A DNA stretch of 63,765 nucleotides, the filler included, from an uncultured virus (IMG/VR IMGVR_UViG_2049941000_000602) (lineage: Duplodnaviria; Heunggongvirae; Uroviricota; Caudoviricetes). It is 12 parts of one record of this genome, joined end to end, with 100 filler letters (N's around TTAATTAATTAA, not from the genome) between each part and the next. Parts side by side here need not be neighbours in the genome. Positions count along the whole stretch, not along the records: positions 1 to 273 come from IMGVR_UViG_2049941000_000602; positions 374 to 1,877 come from IMGVR_UViG_2049941000_000602; positions 1,978 to 6,079 come from IMGVR_UViG_2049941000_000602; positions 6,180 to 13,248 come from IMGVR_UViG_2049941000_000602; 8 more parts are not named here. One strand, given 5' to 3'. A program made the position numbers and the translations under genes. Below, one piece after another: positions 1 to 10,321 of this stretch. The first letter of the stretch is position 1; each line of letters opens with the position of its first letter. The notes under the pieces are model-generated. The model had not been told where the DNA came from. It saw only the letters and a program-made list of their open reading frames with translations, and did not search any database.

Positions 1-273
1 GGGAATCCCCCGGTGATGCCGCTCATCACCGTGTCCATGTACCTGTGGAGCCCCCACCAGTTCTCGTATCCCTGGTCGGCGAGCATCGTTATGGTCAACG
101 CGCCGTCGTACTGGTTGTCTTCCTGGGTAGGAATCCTGGTACGGAACTTGTAGTGGTATTCGAACTCGAACGACTCGGTGAGGCCGTTGCAGATGTACGT
201 CTTGATTAAGGCGTTAATCATCTCCGGTACCGGGGCGGTGTGCGGCTTCGGCGTGTCCACGGCGTCTCCCGCC
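1..273 (-). CDS. T4 gp3-like tail completion/tube-fold protein (partial)
   Basis: Hand translation ...RTRIPTQEDNQYDGALTITMLADQGYENWWGLHRYMDTV resembles the tube-fold motif PG..l.Y..l.i.F.vDe...ny..i..Wm; open at both ends. Confidence 0.45.
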
Positions 274-317
274 NNNNNNNNNNNNNNNNNNNNNNNNNNN
301 NNNNNNNNNNNNNNNNN

Positions 318-329
318 TTAATTAATTAA
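318..329. other. Artificial scaffold-joining spacer (six-frame stop linker)
   Basis: TTAATTAATTAA flanked by N runs; identical copies at 1922, 6124, 13293, 19940, 22029, 26193, 43392, 43642, 56338, 60640. Confidence 0.97.
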
Positions 330-405
330 NNNNNNNNNNNNNNNNNNNNNNNNNNNNNNNNNNNNNNNNNNNNATGATTTTTTAGTTTTCTTCGCCATGT
401 CAATG

Positions 406-413
406 AGTTTATA
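406..413 (-). promoter_or_regulatory. Putative late promoter TATAAACT
   Basis: Motif recurs 13 times upstream of genes; here 7 nt before ATG (398) of MAKKTKKS... Confidence 0.65.
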
Positions 414-463
414 TCCCGATTGATATAGTTTTTCCCGCAGAAACCTTATAAGGAGATTCAACT

Positions 464-1249
464 ATGTTAATCGAAGTACTGGCAGTCGTCATCGTCGTGC
501 TGTTCGTCGCCGGTTTCCTCATCCTCTTCAACCGCCGCCGCGCAGTCGTGGCCAAGGCTTTCGAGGAAGACTACCCGGAAATCAAGCCCGAGGAATCCGG
601 CAAGCCCGAAACTGAAGAAAGCGGCGACGACAAGAAGACCGAAATCTTCGCCGCCGTCGACACGNNNNNNNNNNTCGACACGTCGAACACCCAGGAAGCC
701 ACCGGGTTCGGCTACGATGCCACCGGGGAGTCCGTCGTGAAGAACCTCGCCTTCGAGGAGAAGCTCGGCAAGGATACCGTCGTCGTGGAAATCCCGTCCA
801 CCAAGGCAAGGCGCAAGGCTCCGGCCAAGGCAGTCAAGGCCGAACCGAAGGCCGCCCCGAAGAAGGACGCCGTGAAGCTCGGTGCCACGCCGGAAGAAGT
901 CGTGAAGATTCTGGAACGCAAGATTGCCCGCAGGGTCGACGTGCTCAAGGTCGCCAAGGTGCCCGAGTCCGGTGACGCCACGCTCAAGCGCTACCGCTCC
1001 AAGCTCGCCGAGCTCAAGGCCACGATTCCCGCTGCCTCCGCCAAGGCCGAGCCAGTCCGGTACATGGGCTACGAGAAGAAGCCGGTGACGTCCACCGACA
1101 GCGCGGAAGTGATTGTCGTAGGCACGGTCGGTGCCGAGAAGAAGGCATCCAAGAAGGCCACCAAGGCCAAGAAGCCGGCAAAGAAGAAGGCTCCTTCCAA
1201 GAAGAAGCCGGCAAAGAAGACCAAGAAGGCCAAGAAGGCCAAGAAGTAG
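464..1249 (+). CDS. Membrane-anchored protein with histone H1-like Lys/Ala/Pro-rich C-terminal tail
   Basis: N-terminal hydrophobic helix followed by RRR; C-terminus KKPAKKKAPSKKKPAKKTKKAKKAKK; AGGAG RBS; spans one 10-N gap. Confidence 0.75.
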   Translation: MLIEVLAVVIVVLFVAGFLILFNRRRAVVAKAFEEDYPEIKPEESGKPETEESGDDKKTEIFAAVDTXXXXDTSNTQEATGFGYDATGESVVKNLAFEEKLGKDTVVVEIPSTKARRKAPAKAVKAEPKAAPKKDAVKLGATPEEVVKILERKIARRVDVLKVAKVPESGDATLKRYRSKLAELKATIPAASAKAEPVRYMGYEKKPVTSTDSAEVIVVGTVGAEKKASKKATKAKKPAKKKAPSKKKPAKKTKKAKKAKK

Positions 1250-1270
1250 GACTTTCCTCCTAGACCACGG

Positions 1271-1295
1271 AAGGCCGGAGCAATCCGGCCTTTTT
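1271..1295 (+). terminator. Intrinsic terminator between convergent genes
   Basis: AAGGCCGGA-GCAA-TCCGGCCTT followed by T tract. Confidence 0.85.
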
Positions 1296-1514
1296 CTATT
1301 TGTACCTGAACTTTATCCTTCCCCTGCCCAGGTCGTATGGTCCTATCTCGACTCTCACCCTGTCGTCGACGGTCACCTTGATGTTGCACCTGGTCATCTT
1401 CCCGCACGGCCTGGCCAGGACCTCGAAGTCGTTGTCCAGCCTTACCAGGAAGAACCCGTTCCCCCGTGCCTCGGCCACGGTGCCGTCTACTTCAACCCCG
1501 CATTCCTTAGCCAT
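1296..1514 (-). CDS. infA: Translation initiation factor IF-1
   Basis: 72 aa, MAKE..VEVDGTVAEA.GNGFF.VRLDN..EVLA...GKM....IKV...DRVRVEI.PYDL.RGRI.FRYK matches IF-1 throughout. Confidence 0.95.
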   Translation of the reverse strand: MAKECGVEVDGTVAEARGNGFFLVRLDNDFEVLARPCGKMTRCNIKVTVDDRVRVEIGPYDLGRGRIKFRYK

Positions 1515-1710
1515 CCAGAGGTTCCCCCAGTTTCGACCGGAGATGCCGGTCGATGAATATGTACTCGTAGTTGATTGCCTTGACGTCGGTCCCGTCCATC
1601 GCGAGCACGAGGACGCCGTCCCTGTTCCTGTAGACCTCGAACTTCTTCCCGTCCTTGCTTGCCCGGATGGACACCACGTAGTCCCGGTAGGCCCTTCCGG
1701 GGCCGTTGTA
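1507..1710 (-). CDS. Hypothetical protein (C-terminal fragment), stop overlaps infA start
   Basis: Open frame YNGPGRAYRDYVVSIRASKDGKKFEVY...KLGEPLDG*. Confidence 0.55.
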   Translation of the reverse strand, partial: YNGPGRAYRDYVVSIRASKDGKKFEVYRNRDGVLVLAMDGTDVKAINYEYIFIDRHLRSKLGEPLDG

Positions 1711-1720
1711 NNNNNNNNNN

Positions 1721-1877
1721 TTGCAAGGGATGCTTCAACGAGGAGACCTGGGACTTCGGTTATGGAAAGCCGTTCACGCTCATAGAGGAGAACGAGCTTA
1801 TCGAAGCATGCCGTCCTGGCTACATAGCCGGGCTTACCGTATTGGGCGGTGAACCCTTCGAGCCAGAGAATCAGGCT
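1721..1877 (+). CDS. nrdG: Allelic fragment of nrdG
   Basis: CKGCFNEETWDFGYGKPFTLIEENELIEACRP...GGEPFEPENQA, near-identical to 7716..8218. Confidence 0.85.
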
Positions 1878-2149
1878 NNNNNNNNNNNNNNNNNNNNNNN
1901 NNNNNNNNNNNNNNNNNNNNNTTAATTAATTAANNNNNNNNNNNNNNNNNNNNNNNNNNNNNNNNNNNNNNNNNNNNTTCTTCGTTGTATGGCTATGGCG
2001 TTTTGAAGGATTTGCCGAACATCATTACGCATGCCGCCACCTTCAGCAATGCCGATTCCGCGGCGAACCTGGCACAAATTCCTGTTGGCTGGGGCGGTAC
2101 ACAAGTTCCTGCTTCTACTCTCATGGTAAGCTCTAGACTNNNNNNNNNN

Positions 2150-2798
2150 GTCTTCGTTGTATGGCTATGGAGTTTTGAAGGATTTGCCGAACATCATTAC
2201 ACATGCCGCCACCTTCAGCAATGCCGATTCCGCAGCGAACCTGGCACAAATTCCTGTTGGTTGGGGCGGTACACAAGTTCCTGCTTCTACTCTCATGGTA
2301 AGCTCTAGACTCAAATGGTTTACTAATTATGATGAATGGACTATTACTGCAGATGGCCCTGACTGGACTGATATGATGGGTGTCTATATCTTGACTACTT
2401 CGTCCGTTTCTAAGTATACCGGTGTATCAATGAACCGTAGTAGAATCAAGTCCAGAAATGGCCTTGCAGCAGGTACGGGTAATGCCCTGTATTTCTATCC
2501 GTGCTTCATGCAGCACAGTTCAACTAGTGTGACATGGGCAGTAATGACACAATCATATAATGGTATGCTAACCGCTTCTCAAGGAAATACCGACATGCCC
2601 GGTGTCCTAGACTATACCGCATACGGTCCCTTTGCGCATGAATACGGTACTTATGATTCTTCACAGGATGTATATTTCACTTTCTTCGTAACGAATGTCC
2701 CAATTGATACCTGGTCCGGCTTGAGCGACGCTTACGGTATTCTCTATAATGCCAACTACAATACGGATGCCGGGCTTAGATGGCTGCGGATGGACTAG
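2150..2798 (+). CDS. C-terminal part of AT-rich beta-rich protein, probably a fibre/receptor-binding head
   Basis: 213+ aa open frame rich in Y/T/S/G/W; first 160 nt duplicated as an allele at 1978..2139. Confidence 0.5.
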
Positions 2799-2852
2799 CC
2801 ATCGAATATAGTCCGCATCGTCAGGAGCTCGTTGCTCCGGCCGTAAAATCAG

Positions 2853-2878
2853 AAAGGACCGCCGAAGCGGTCCTTTTT
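2853..2878. terminator. Bidirectional intrinsic terminator
   Basis: AAAGGACCGC-CGAA-GCGGTCCTTT TT. Confidence 0.85.
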
Positions 2879-2885
2879 AAATGTC

Positions 2886-3149
2886 CTAGCCGAGGTAGGG
2901 GTTCGCCTTCTCCTCGGGCCACCACCTAATCCAGAACGAGCTGTGCTCGTCGAGCACCATCGGGTGTGTCACCTTCACCTCGTACGCAATCGGATTCGGG
3001 GCAGNNNNNNNNNNTACCAGTTCCGGGTGGGATGCCCTGAACGCCTCGCCGTCTTTCGCGATGTCGGCCTGTATGCGTAACACCAGCTTGTCAGCCGAAG
3101 GAATCCTTGGTACTGCCGGTTCTTCCGCCTGCTTCTTTGCCTTTGCCAT
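2886..3149 (-). CDS. Hypothetical protein (gene following the HD hydrolase; allele at 3840..3910)
   Basis: MAKAKKQAEEPAVPRIPSADKLVL.. also seen on + strand at 3840. Confidence 0.6.
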   Translation of the reverse strand: MAKAKKQAEEPAVPRIPSADKLVLRIQADIAKDGEAFRASHPELVXXXXAPNPIAYEVKVTHPMVLDEHSSFWIRWWPEEKANPYLG

Positions 3150-3276
3150 CCTACACCCCCATCACCAGCGCCGCGTACACGTCGGACCTGGTCTCCTTTT
3201 CNNNNNNNNNNTTCGTGAACCGGCGGGTTGCCGGGTGATATGTTGATTTAACCCTTTTAACCGGAAGCAGGAAATT

Positions 3277-3837
3277 ATGCGGTCAAGGGACGAGATTAAG
3301 GAATTCGTGAGGACGGGCATCCCGTCAGGATTGGGTATCGTCGAGCGTGCGGTGAAGTTCGCCGAGTTCGCCCACGACGGACAGGTCGACAAGGGAGGCC
3401 ACAGGTACATCGAGCACGTCGCCGGGGTCGGCCGGGAAGCCGCCAGGCGCTACCAGGACGACAACCTCACTGCAATAGCGTACCTACACGACGTGGTAGA
3501 GGACGGCGGTTTCACCATATCCGACCTGATGATGTGGTTCCCTCCAGTGGTATGGAAGGTGGTCGAGATTCTTACCAGGAAGAAGTCGGAGGACAGGGAC
3601 GTGTACATCGAGCGCGTCTCGGAGAACCTGCTCGCCGCCAAGGTGAAGCTGGTGGACCTCGACAACAACATGGACCTCGGCAGGATTGGCTCGCCCAAGC
3701 AGTCCGACTACGACAGGCGCGACAGGTACGCCATGGAACGGGCGAAAATCCTGGACGCGGTGATACATATGGAAAGGCACATGAGCGAAAAGGAGACCAG
3801 GTCCGACGTGTACGCGGCGCTGGTGATGGGGGTGTAA
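3277..3837 (+). CDS. HD-domain hydrolase, Mesh1/SpoT-like small alarmone hydrolase family
   Basis: A.FAHDGQVDKGG.RYIEH, AYLHDVVED, VKLVDLDNNMD motifs. Confidence 0.85.
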   Translation: MRSRDEIKEFVRTGIPSGLGIVERAVKFAEFAHDGQVDKGGHRYIEHVAGVGREAARRYQDDNLTAIAYLHDVVEDGGFTISDLMMWFPPVVWKVVEILTRKKSEDRDVYIERVSENLLAAKVKLVDLDNNMDLGRIGSPKQSDYDRRDRYAMERAKILDAVIHMERHMSEKETRSDVYAALVMGV

Positions 3838-3920
3838 TATGGCAAAGACAAAGAAGCAGACGGAAGAACCGGCAGTACCAAGGATTCCTTCGGCTGACAA
3901 GCTGGTGTTANNNNNNNNNN

Positions 3921-5305
3921 TGGAATCGGCGAGGTTACCGTTAGCATCGAGAGCAGCAAGGTTGCCTGCTGCGGCCGGAACCGCCTTGTTAGCCTTGGCA
4001 GTATCGGACGGGTGAACGTGGTCAGCGCGTGCATATGCATCGGATACACCGACATCGGCGGTACCGTCCATCTCCGGGGTATCCGTAGAAGCAGCCGCCA
4101 CGGGGACCGTTAGCGTAACTGCGCTACCGGTGCTCGGGGTGATTGTAAGGGTGCTGTTCGATACTGACGCGCTCACAAGGTAATCCGTGATGCCGTCGAG
4201 TTTTGCCTTGTCCGCGCTGGACATGGCACCGTCCGCGCTAGTTGTCGCGTTCGGGATGTTGATATCCTTTGTGCCCGACGTCGGCGAAATGGCAGTGCCG
4301 GAACCGACTGAAATTGTAGTTACCACGTTTTCCAGTTCAGCCACGGTCTTCCCGGAATCGACGATGTCGTCATTCGGTCCAAATACGACGATATGCGTAT
4401 CCGTATGGGTGTTCGGCATTTCGACATAGCCGGACATATCCATCGTCGTATCGCCGACGAGTTCCCATACCGGTCCGGTAGTGTTCGTGCAAATCCATTC
4501 CTTGTATACGTCAGCCCCAGTTGCGGAAGTATCCTTCACGAGATAGATAAAGTGAACATCCGGGTTGGCAACATCGGGGTGCATATCAGCTCCGGTACCA
4601 TTCGCCTTCTTGTACCCGCCGAAGTCGGCGATTGCCGCTTCTAGGGCAGCCTGGTCAACCAGCTTGTTCTGTGCGGTCGCCGTGGAAGGAATGACTTCGG
4701 TAGCGTTGTCGAGGTTAGCCTTGTCGGTATCGGTCATGAGANNNNNNNNNNNNNNNNNNNNNNNNNNNNNNNNNNNNNNNNNNNNNNNNNNNNNNNNNNN
4801 NNNNNNNNNNNNNNNNNNNNNNNNNNNNNNNNNNNNNNNNNNNNNNNNNNNNNNNNNNNNNNNNNNNNNNNNNNNNNNNNNNNNNNNNNNNNNNNNNNNN
4901 NNNNNNNNNNNNNNNNNNNNNNNNNNNNNNNNNNNNNNNNGTGTAGACGTCGGTTTCATGGCCATCGATAACGATGTTACCGTTGGTCTGGGATTCTTCT
5001 ACACAGGTAGCGCCATCGGATATCCCATCGAGCTTTTCCTTGTCTGTCGCGCTCATCACGCCCGGAGTGGCTGAACCGCCGCTAGGGGCGCTCACTGCAG
5101 CCGGAATTGTGACCGTACCGGCAGAAGCCTGGTTAGTGGTGAACGTGCCGGCAGTCGGGCCGGTAGACGCGTCGGCCACCTTGATGGTGATGGTCGAATC
5201 GTTTGCACTCTCGATGTCTTCAAGGAGCCTGCCCTTAAAGTCCCTATTGGCGCGTTCGGCAGCGATTTTCTGCCCGTTAAACCTAGTCCAGAGTTGTTCG
5301 CTCAT
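3921..5305 (-). CDS. Tail-fibre-like protein (gapped)
   Basis: N-terminal LWTRFNGQKIAAERANRD module, two G.MS..DK.KLDGI repeats, HPDV..P...IYL.K...D.YKEWI repeat, YARADHVHP motif; ATAAACT upstream at 5339..5345. Confidence 0.75.
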
Positions 5306-5455
5306 GATATACCCTCTTGGTTATCCGCTTTCGTGCGTAGTTTATGGCCCGATAACCTGGCCATTTTCGTTNNNNNNNNNNAGGGTACGAAAAAAGGCGA
5401 CGAAGCATCTCTCCGTCGCCGTGCTGTGCGCGAATCCCCAGACCAGGAGGTTCAT

Positions 5456-5827
5456 CTAGGGAGCTTCGTACACGATAGGCTCGACATCGCCATCATCTTC
5501 ATCGCCCTCGTCTTCCACGGGGGCGTTTCCAATTGTAAATGACTCGCACTCGTCAACGAGAATCTTGAACGGCTTCGGGACCATCTTGCCCTTGTCGTTC
5601 TCCTCCTTCTCGTTAAGGAACATGGTGCTGAATGCGTTGTCCTGTTCCTCGCCGTTCTTTACGAAGGTGAAGACCATCTCGCGGTCGCCGTTCTTGACGG
5701 AGATTGCGAGCTCGACAAGCTTTACCTTCATCTGCATCCCCGGCTCGTCCGTGTAGAGGTTATGGCCGAAGTCCATGTCGAGATAGATACCGAAGTCGCC
5801 CATCGGGATGGTAATCTTCCATGGCAC
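5456..5827 (-). CDS. Hypothetical protein with acidic C-terminus
   Basis: 123 aa ORF with phage-like GC3, followed by hairpin plus T tract near 5390..5420. Confidence 0.55.
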   Translation of the reverse strand: MPWKITIPMGDFGIYLDMDFGHNLYTDEPGMQMKVKLVELAISVKNGDREMVFTFVKNGEEQDNAFSTMFLNEKEENDKGKMVPKPFKILVDECESFTIGNAPVEDEGDEDDGDVEPIVYEAP

Positions 5828-5895
5828 CTGGGCACTGGGGACCTTCTCGGCGAANNNNNNNNNNTCATAAACTACGGCAAACGAGGTTTACCAGT

Positions 5896-6079
5896 ATGAA
5901 CAACGCAATTCTACGTTTCGCCAAGCAGCTCACCCAGTACGACCCAATCCTCCAGGCCAGGGTGGAAGGGCTGTACCACAAGATTTTCGAGGGTGCCGGC
6001 ACCATCGCCGCACTCGACAACCTGAAGAACCAGGTCGGCGACAACACCCTCGAGACCGAAGGCGACGGCGTGTTCGGCC
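5896..6079 (+). CDS. Putative virion protein, N-terminal fragment
   Basis: ATAAACT at 5867..5873, GAGG RBS, MNNAILRFAKQL...KIFEG. Confidence 0.55.
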
Positions 6080-6179
6080 NNNNNNNNNNNNNNNNNNNNN
6101 NNNNNNNNNNNNNNNNNNNNNNNTTAATTAATTAANNNNNNNNNNNNNNNNNNNNNNNNNNNNNNNNNNNNNNNNNNNN

Positions 6180-6872
6180 TGGCAGCTGGTTGACCTGTCC
6201 TTCAGGAATCCAGCGGTCCGCCTTCCATGCCTTCCCTTCCACGAATACCGGGACGATGGTGAAACGTCCGTCGGCACCGATGCGGACCAGCGTCATGTGC
6301 TCGGCATTTGCCGCCCACGCGATGCATTTCCGGCGGTTAACGCCGTTGTCGTTGAAGCCAAGACTTACAGTTTCCGGACACTGGAACACGACACCCCAGT
6401 AGTAGCCGTCGGTATCCTTGGGAGTGACCTCGCCGAGCTTGGAGACGTAGATGTACCCGTTACGACGGCCACCGACTTCTTCCGGCTTAGAGTCGGTAGA
6501 AATCTTCCAGAACGCGTTGAGGTTCGGCGAGCCGTGGTACACCTGCTCGGTGACTATCTGGCGTGCTTCGACCTCGGACTGCATCATGTCGATGTACCAG
6601 CAGTCATCGTCCTCGGCCTTCGGGTTGTCAGTCCTGTAGAACAGGTTCAAAGTACCGTTGACGAAATCAAGCCACGCCTTGTCGGTGTCGTTCTGGAAGT
6701 CGTACTTCTCGAACCACTCCTGGTACTTCTCCTGGGCTTCCGTGGGAAGCTCGACCACGCGGAACATGTTGCGGAACTGGTAAGGTGTGTAGCCGTAATC
6801 CTGGCACTTCTTCATAATCCAGAAATCGAGGATGATGTCCTTGTGACTCTTCCACGTAATGCCGTCGTTGAT
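6180..6872 (-). CDS. Hypothetical protein (internal fragment)
   Basis: Over 227 aa open frame with strong codon bias; allele at 6883..6999. Confidence 0.6.
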
Positions 6873-7189
6873 NNNNNNNNNNAACGCGGAACATGTTGCG
6901 GAACTGGTAAGGGGTGTAGCCGTAATCCTGGCACTTCTTCATAATCCAAAAATCGAGGATGATGTCCTTGTGACTCTTCCACGTAATGCCGTCGTTGATN
7001 NNNNNNNNNCGTCACCGACGAGATGACCGGCCAGGGCTACACCTGCATCGGCATATCGCCGTACTCGATGGCCTTCCGCGGGAACAACCGGAACGTCTCG
7101 GTCACCATATCGGAGCTTGGCAAGTTCCGTGCGGTAATCCGCCTGACGAGGAAGAAGGACGGCATCCGCCGTGCCTTCGNNNNNNNNNN

Positions 7190-7500
7190 AGGTCGACCCG
7201 CAGTACTACGACGTGACGCAGATTTCCGTGAAGATGGGCGAGCTGGGATGGTGCGACGTCGACTGGCGCTCGGACAACGCCTTCCTCGACCGCATGACGC
7301 AGGAATACCAGCTGTTCCTGCAGGCGAACAAGTTCGTCCCGAGGCGGTATGCCGAGATTGAGGACATACTGGACAGCATCAGGAAACTGGACATCCCTAA
7401 GAAATACCGCGACCGGGTCGTGAAGCTGGTCGACAAGGCGAGCGCCCTGCTGGGCAACGCCGCAACCAAGAAGGAGCCTGAAGATGGCAACGGAAACTAA
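7190..7500 (+). CDS. Hypothetical protein (partial)
   Basis: VDPQYYDVTQISVKMGE...KKEPEDGNGN*, overlaps next ORF starting at 7484. Confidence 0.5.
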
Positions 7501-7715
7501 CTACTACCAGTACGAGGACGCGTCCTCCGTGGACGCGCTCAAGTTCATCGACGAGACAATCGAGGGCATCGCCCTCAAGGACGCGAAGATAACGAGGCTG
7601 TCGCCCAGGAGCTTCCGGGTATCCTACAGCGAGCCCGAGCTCGGCGACTTCTGCCACTACGACGTGTCACTCAGGGCGTCGAACTCAAGGAACCCGGCGA
7701 CAAGCNNNNNNNNNN

Positions 7716-8218
7716 TTGCGGAGCCGGGCTATGTCCGGCCTTTCCAGTATCCTCTGGTTCCTGCTGCCGCGGAACTTCAGCGTGAGGTCGCGCTGCTCCA
7801 GGATGAACGGGCCGTCCACCAGGACATCCACCACGTCAAGGATACGGTCGGTCACCGTGGGGACGTGCTTCCGCTGTCCCGGCAGCAGGTCCCTATCCAG
7901 TACATACCCGGTGAACATCCACAAGGTCTTCATGGGGAACTCCTGGCGAAACCTGTAAACCACCGGGAGGAGGGAAGCCTGGTTCTCTGGCTCGAAAGGT
8001 TCACCGCCCAGGATTGTACAGCCCGAAATATACTTCGGCCGGCATGCCTCGATAAGCTCGTTCTCTTCTATCAGGGTGAACGGCTTACCGTAATTGAAGT
8101 CCCAGGTCTCCTCGTTGAAGCATCCCTTGCAGTGGTTGCGGCAGCCGGAGACGAATAGCGTCACCCGGCAACCATCGCCATCCACGATAGACATAGGGTC
8201 AATCTTGGAATAGTTCAT
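7716..8218 (-). CDS. nrdG: Anaerobic ribonucleotide reductase activating protein (radical SAM)
   Basis: DG.GCRVTLFVSGCRNHCKGCFN (CxxxCxxC), GGEPF, DVLVDGPFI, FRGSRNQRI. Confidence 0.95.
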
Positions 8219-8322
8219 CAGATGTTGTTCCTGTCGCCAAGTTCAGCGAGCTTGCCGTCGTTCCAGGAGCGCACAATGGACTTCCTGGGAGCGCCGGTAA
8301 GGTATCCGGTGATGCGACGGAC
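8218..8322 (-). CDS. nrdD: Class III anaerobic ribonucleotide reductase, C-terminal fragment
   Basis: Hand translation VRRITGYLTGAPRKSIVRSWNDGKLAELGDRNNI*: glycyl-radical loop RxxGYL; TGATG overlap with nrdG. Confidence 0.9.
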   Translation of the reverse strand, partial: VRRITGYLTGAPRKSIVRSWNDGKLAELGDRNNI

Positions 8323-8371
8323 NNNNNNNNNNAGGGGGCAAGTCGCGTCGTAGATAAGCGTAGGCTTCATA

Positions 8372-9302
8372 CTAGAACCTCTTCTGGAACCCGCCCTCGA
8401 TGCACTGGGTGGTCACCTGGCCGTTCGGGTATACCATCGTGGTAACCGGGGAGCACTTGGTGTAGGAGAATTCCTGGTCGTTGCCGGAAGCGGCGGAACG
8501 GTAAGCGCCGAGAATCTCGTCGAGGTCGTCGGCCACGTCGTCCATCGTGCGTTCCCTGGCGTATTCCTGCGCCACTTCCATCGGGCTCGGGTCGATTGTC
8601 AGCCCGTTGAACCCGGCGGGGGCCAGGTCGCGGTCGTTGAACTCGGCCAGGTCGTCTGCCTGGGAGAGGTCCGCGTTGCCCACCTTGGAGAGCTCGTTGC
8701 ACTGGAAGCAGTATTCCGGCCAGACGCCGTCCTTGCCCTTGGCGAAGTCGGCCTCGCAGTTGGTCGGCTTGGCGGTAGTAATCATGTTGCCGTCGTTGTT
8801 CTTCACGATGAAGATGCGAGGGATGCCCGATACCTGCACGGCGTCGCCGAGCTGGAACGCGTTGTTGCGCGTGCAGCCCATATTGTTGCACTCGAACATG
8901 TACTTGTTCACGAAGTTCCTGCCCATGCCGCGCTCAACGGATTCCATGCTGAACGCGAGNNNNNNNNNNGCTCACCTGGTCCGCCGGGTCAACCGTCGGG
9001 CCGTCCTCCTCGAAGAGCGGGCCGCCCTCGACGGGGTTCCCGGTGTTGTCGGTGTAGGTCGGGTTGCCGGAGCTGCCGAAGGACTTCCCGTCGGTACGGG
9101 GCTGCGGAACGCCGTCGATTTCCGGCGTGTCCGTCGATGCCGGAGTAGCCGTTGTAAGCGTCTTGAACTTCCCGCTGCCGTCCTGGTCGTATTCCCTGAC
9201 CGTGGCCGGGAGGTCTTCTTCCTTCTTTTCGGTGTCGGAATTGGTGGATGTCGCTTCCACTAGCTTTGTGAGCTGGAGTAACTGGTCGAGTTCGTCAAAC
9301 AT
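8372..9302 (-). CDS. Hypothetical acidic, probably structural protein(s); two pieces across a gap
   Basis: MFDELDQLLQ.. from 9302 and ..MESVERGMGRNF..GGFQKRF* ending 8372; late motif at 9334..9341. Confidence 0.5.
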
Positions 9303-9336
9303 GGCATGCCCGTGCTTAAAATTGTTCTTCAACAGT

Positions 9337-10109
9337 TTATATTGGTTGAGGAATCGCTTCGGGTGCCTTCTGCTGGTTGGCGGCCATGTTCGCGAGAGCC
9401 AGCTGCTCCTTCATGGCGACGGGGTCTCCCCGGGTGAGGATGGTCGCCTTCATCTCTTCCTTGAACTCGCTCGCGGCGAACGTGATTTCCAGGGCGTCCG
9501 TGAAGGTGAGGTCCTCGTGCTTGCCCGGGAACCAGTTGGAGTCCATGAAGTAGACGCACCAGTAAAGGCTGGTCACGTGGTCGTCGTGGTTTCCGCCGGA
9601 GCCGCCCCAGGTGAACTGGTTCAGCTTGGTGAAGCTCATGAGTTCGTTGATTGTGTTCTCGTCCTTCAGCTTCAGGTACCCGCGCTGGACATACAGCTTG
9701 AGCAGCATGACGGCCCTGGTCTTGACCGGGTTCGTCGAGTAGATGCCGCGGAAATACTGGTCATAGTTGATAAGGTTGTCGTACCCGAGGTTCTCGAACA
9801 TCGTCTTGTGTGCAGTCATGCCGGAACCACCGTTGTACTCGATGGTCAGCGGCGGGTTCCCGTACATCCTGAGGATGCTTGCGGACATGGCGCAGAAGTC
9901 CTCGACCGTTACCTCGTTGGACGACAATACGAGTACCTGCTCGGCACGGCAGGAAGTCTTTGCTAGCAAAATCTGCAGGACGTGGGAGTCCTGGCGCATG
10001 CCGAACCCGGTATCGAGTGCGGCAACGTATGTCCAGTCTTCCTTTTCCATTACTTGCTTGGGAATGGGAGGGGCGAAAACGCGGAGCGAGTATTCCTTGG
10101 GAACTCCCG
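9337..10109 (-). CDS. terL: Terminase large subunit, C-terminal nuclease domain (T4 gp17-like)
   Basis: YVAALDTGFG..QD, TIEYNGGSG, G..ST..VK, DENTINELMSF, GNHDDHVTSLYW acidic RNase H-fold motifs. Confidence 0.88.
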
Positions 10110-10321
10110 NNNNNNNNNNACTGCGCTTGAGGGAACGTCCTACCGGGTTCATGCACTGCTCGTCGGGAGTGACGTTGTTCGCGTCGGAAGTGCCGGTCGT
10201 GCCGGCGGCTTCGGTACTTTCCGCGTTGGCGAGGTTCTCGGCTGCCGTCTGTAGGTCCGCGGTGGCGTCCGCGACCTGCTCGTTGGCCTGGCCGTTCGCC
10301 TGCATTGCACTNNNNNNNNNN

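Noticed and set aside
1978..2310. Apparent tandem duplications across 10-N gaps (also 6757..6999, 14447..14701, 49676..49860, 58732..58843)
   Set aside because: Near-identical copies abutting gaps with scattered third-position changes indicate strain alleles or scaffolding overlap, not real repeats
2886..3910. Inverted repeat around the HD gene suggesting an invertible element
   Set aside because: 3015..3201 mirrors 3790..3910 but both end at 10-N gaps and differ by allelic SNPs; most simply two strain contigs scaffolded in opposite orientation; no recombinase nearby
9337..10109. Intein or intron splitting of terminase, nrdD or helicase
   Set aside because: Breaks coincide with N gaps; no splice-junction or homing endonuclease motifs visible
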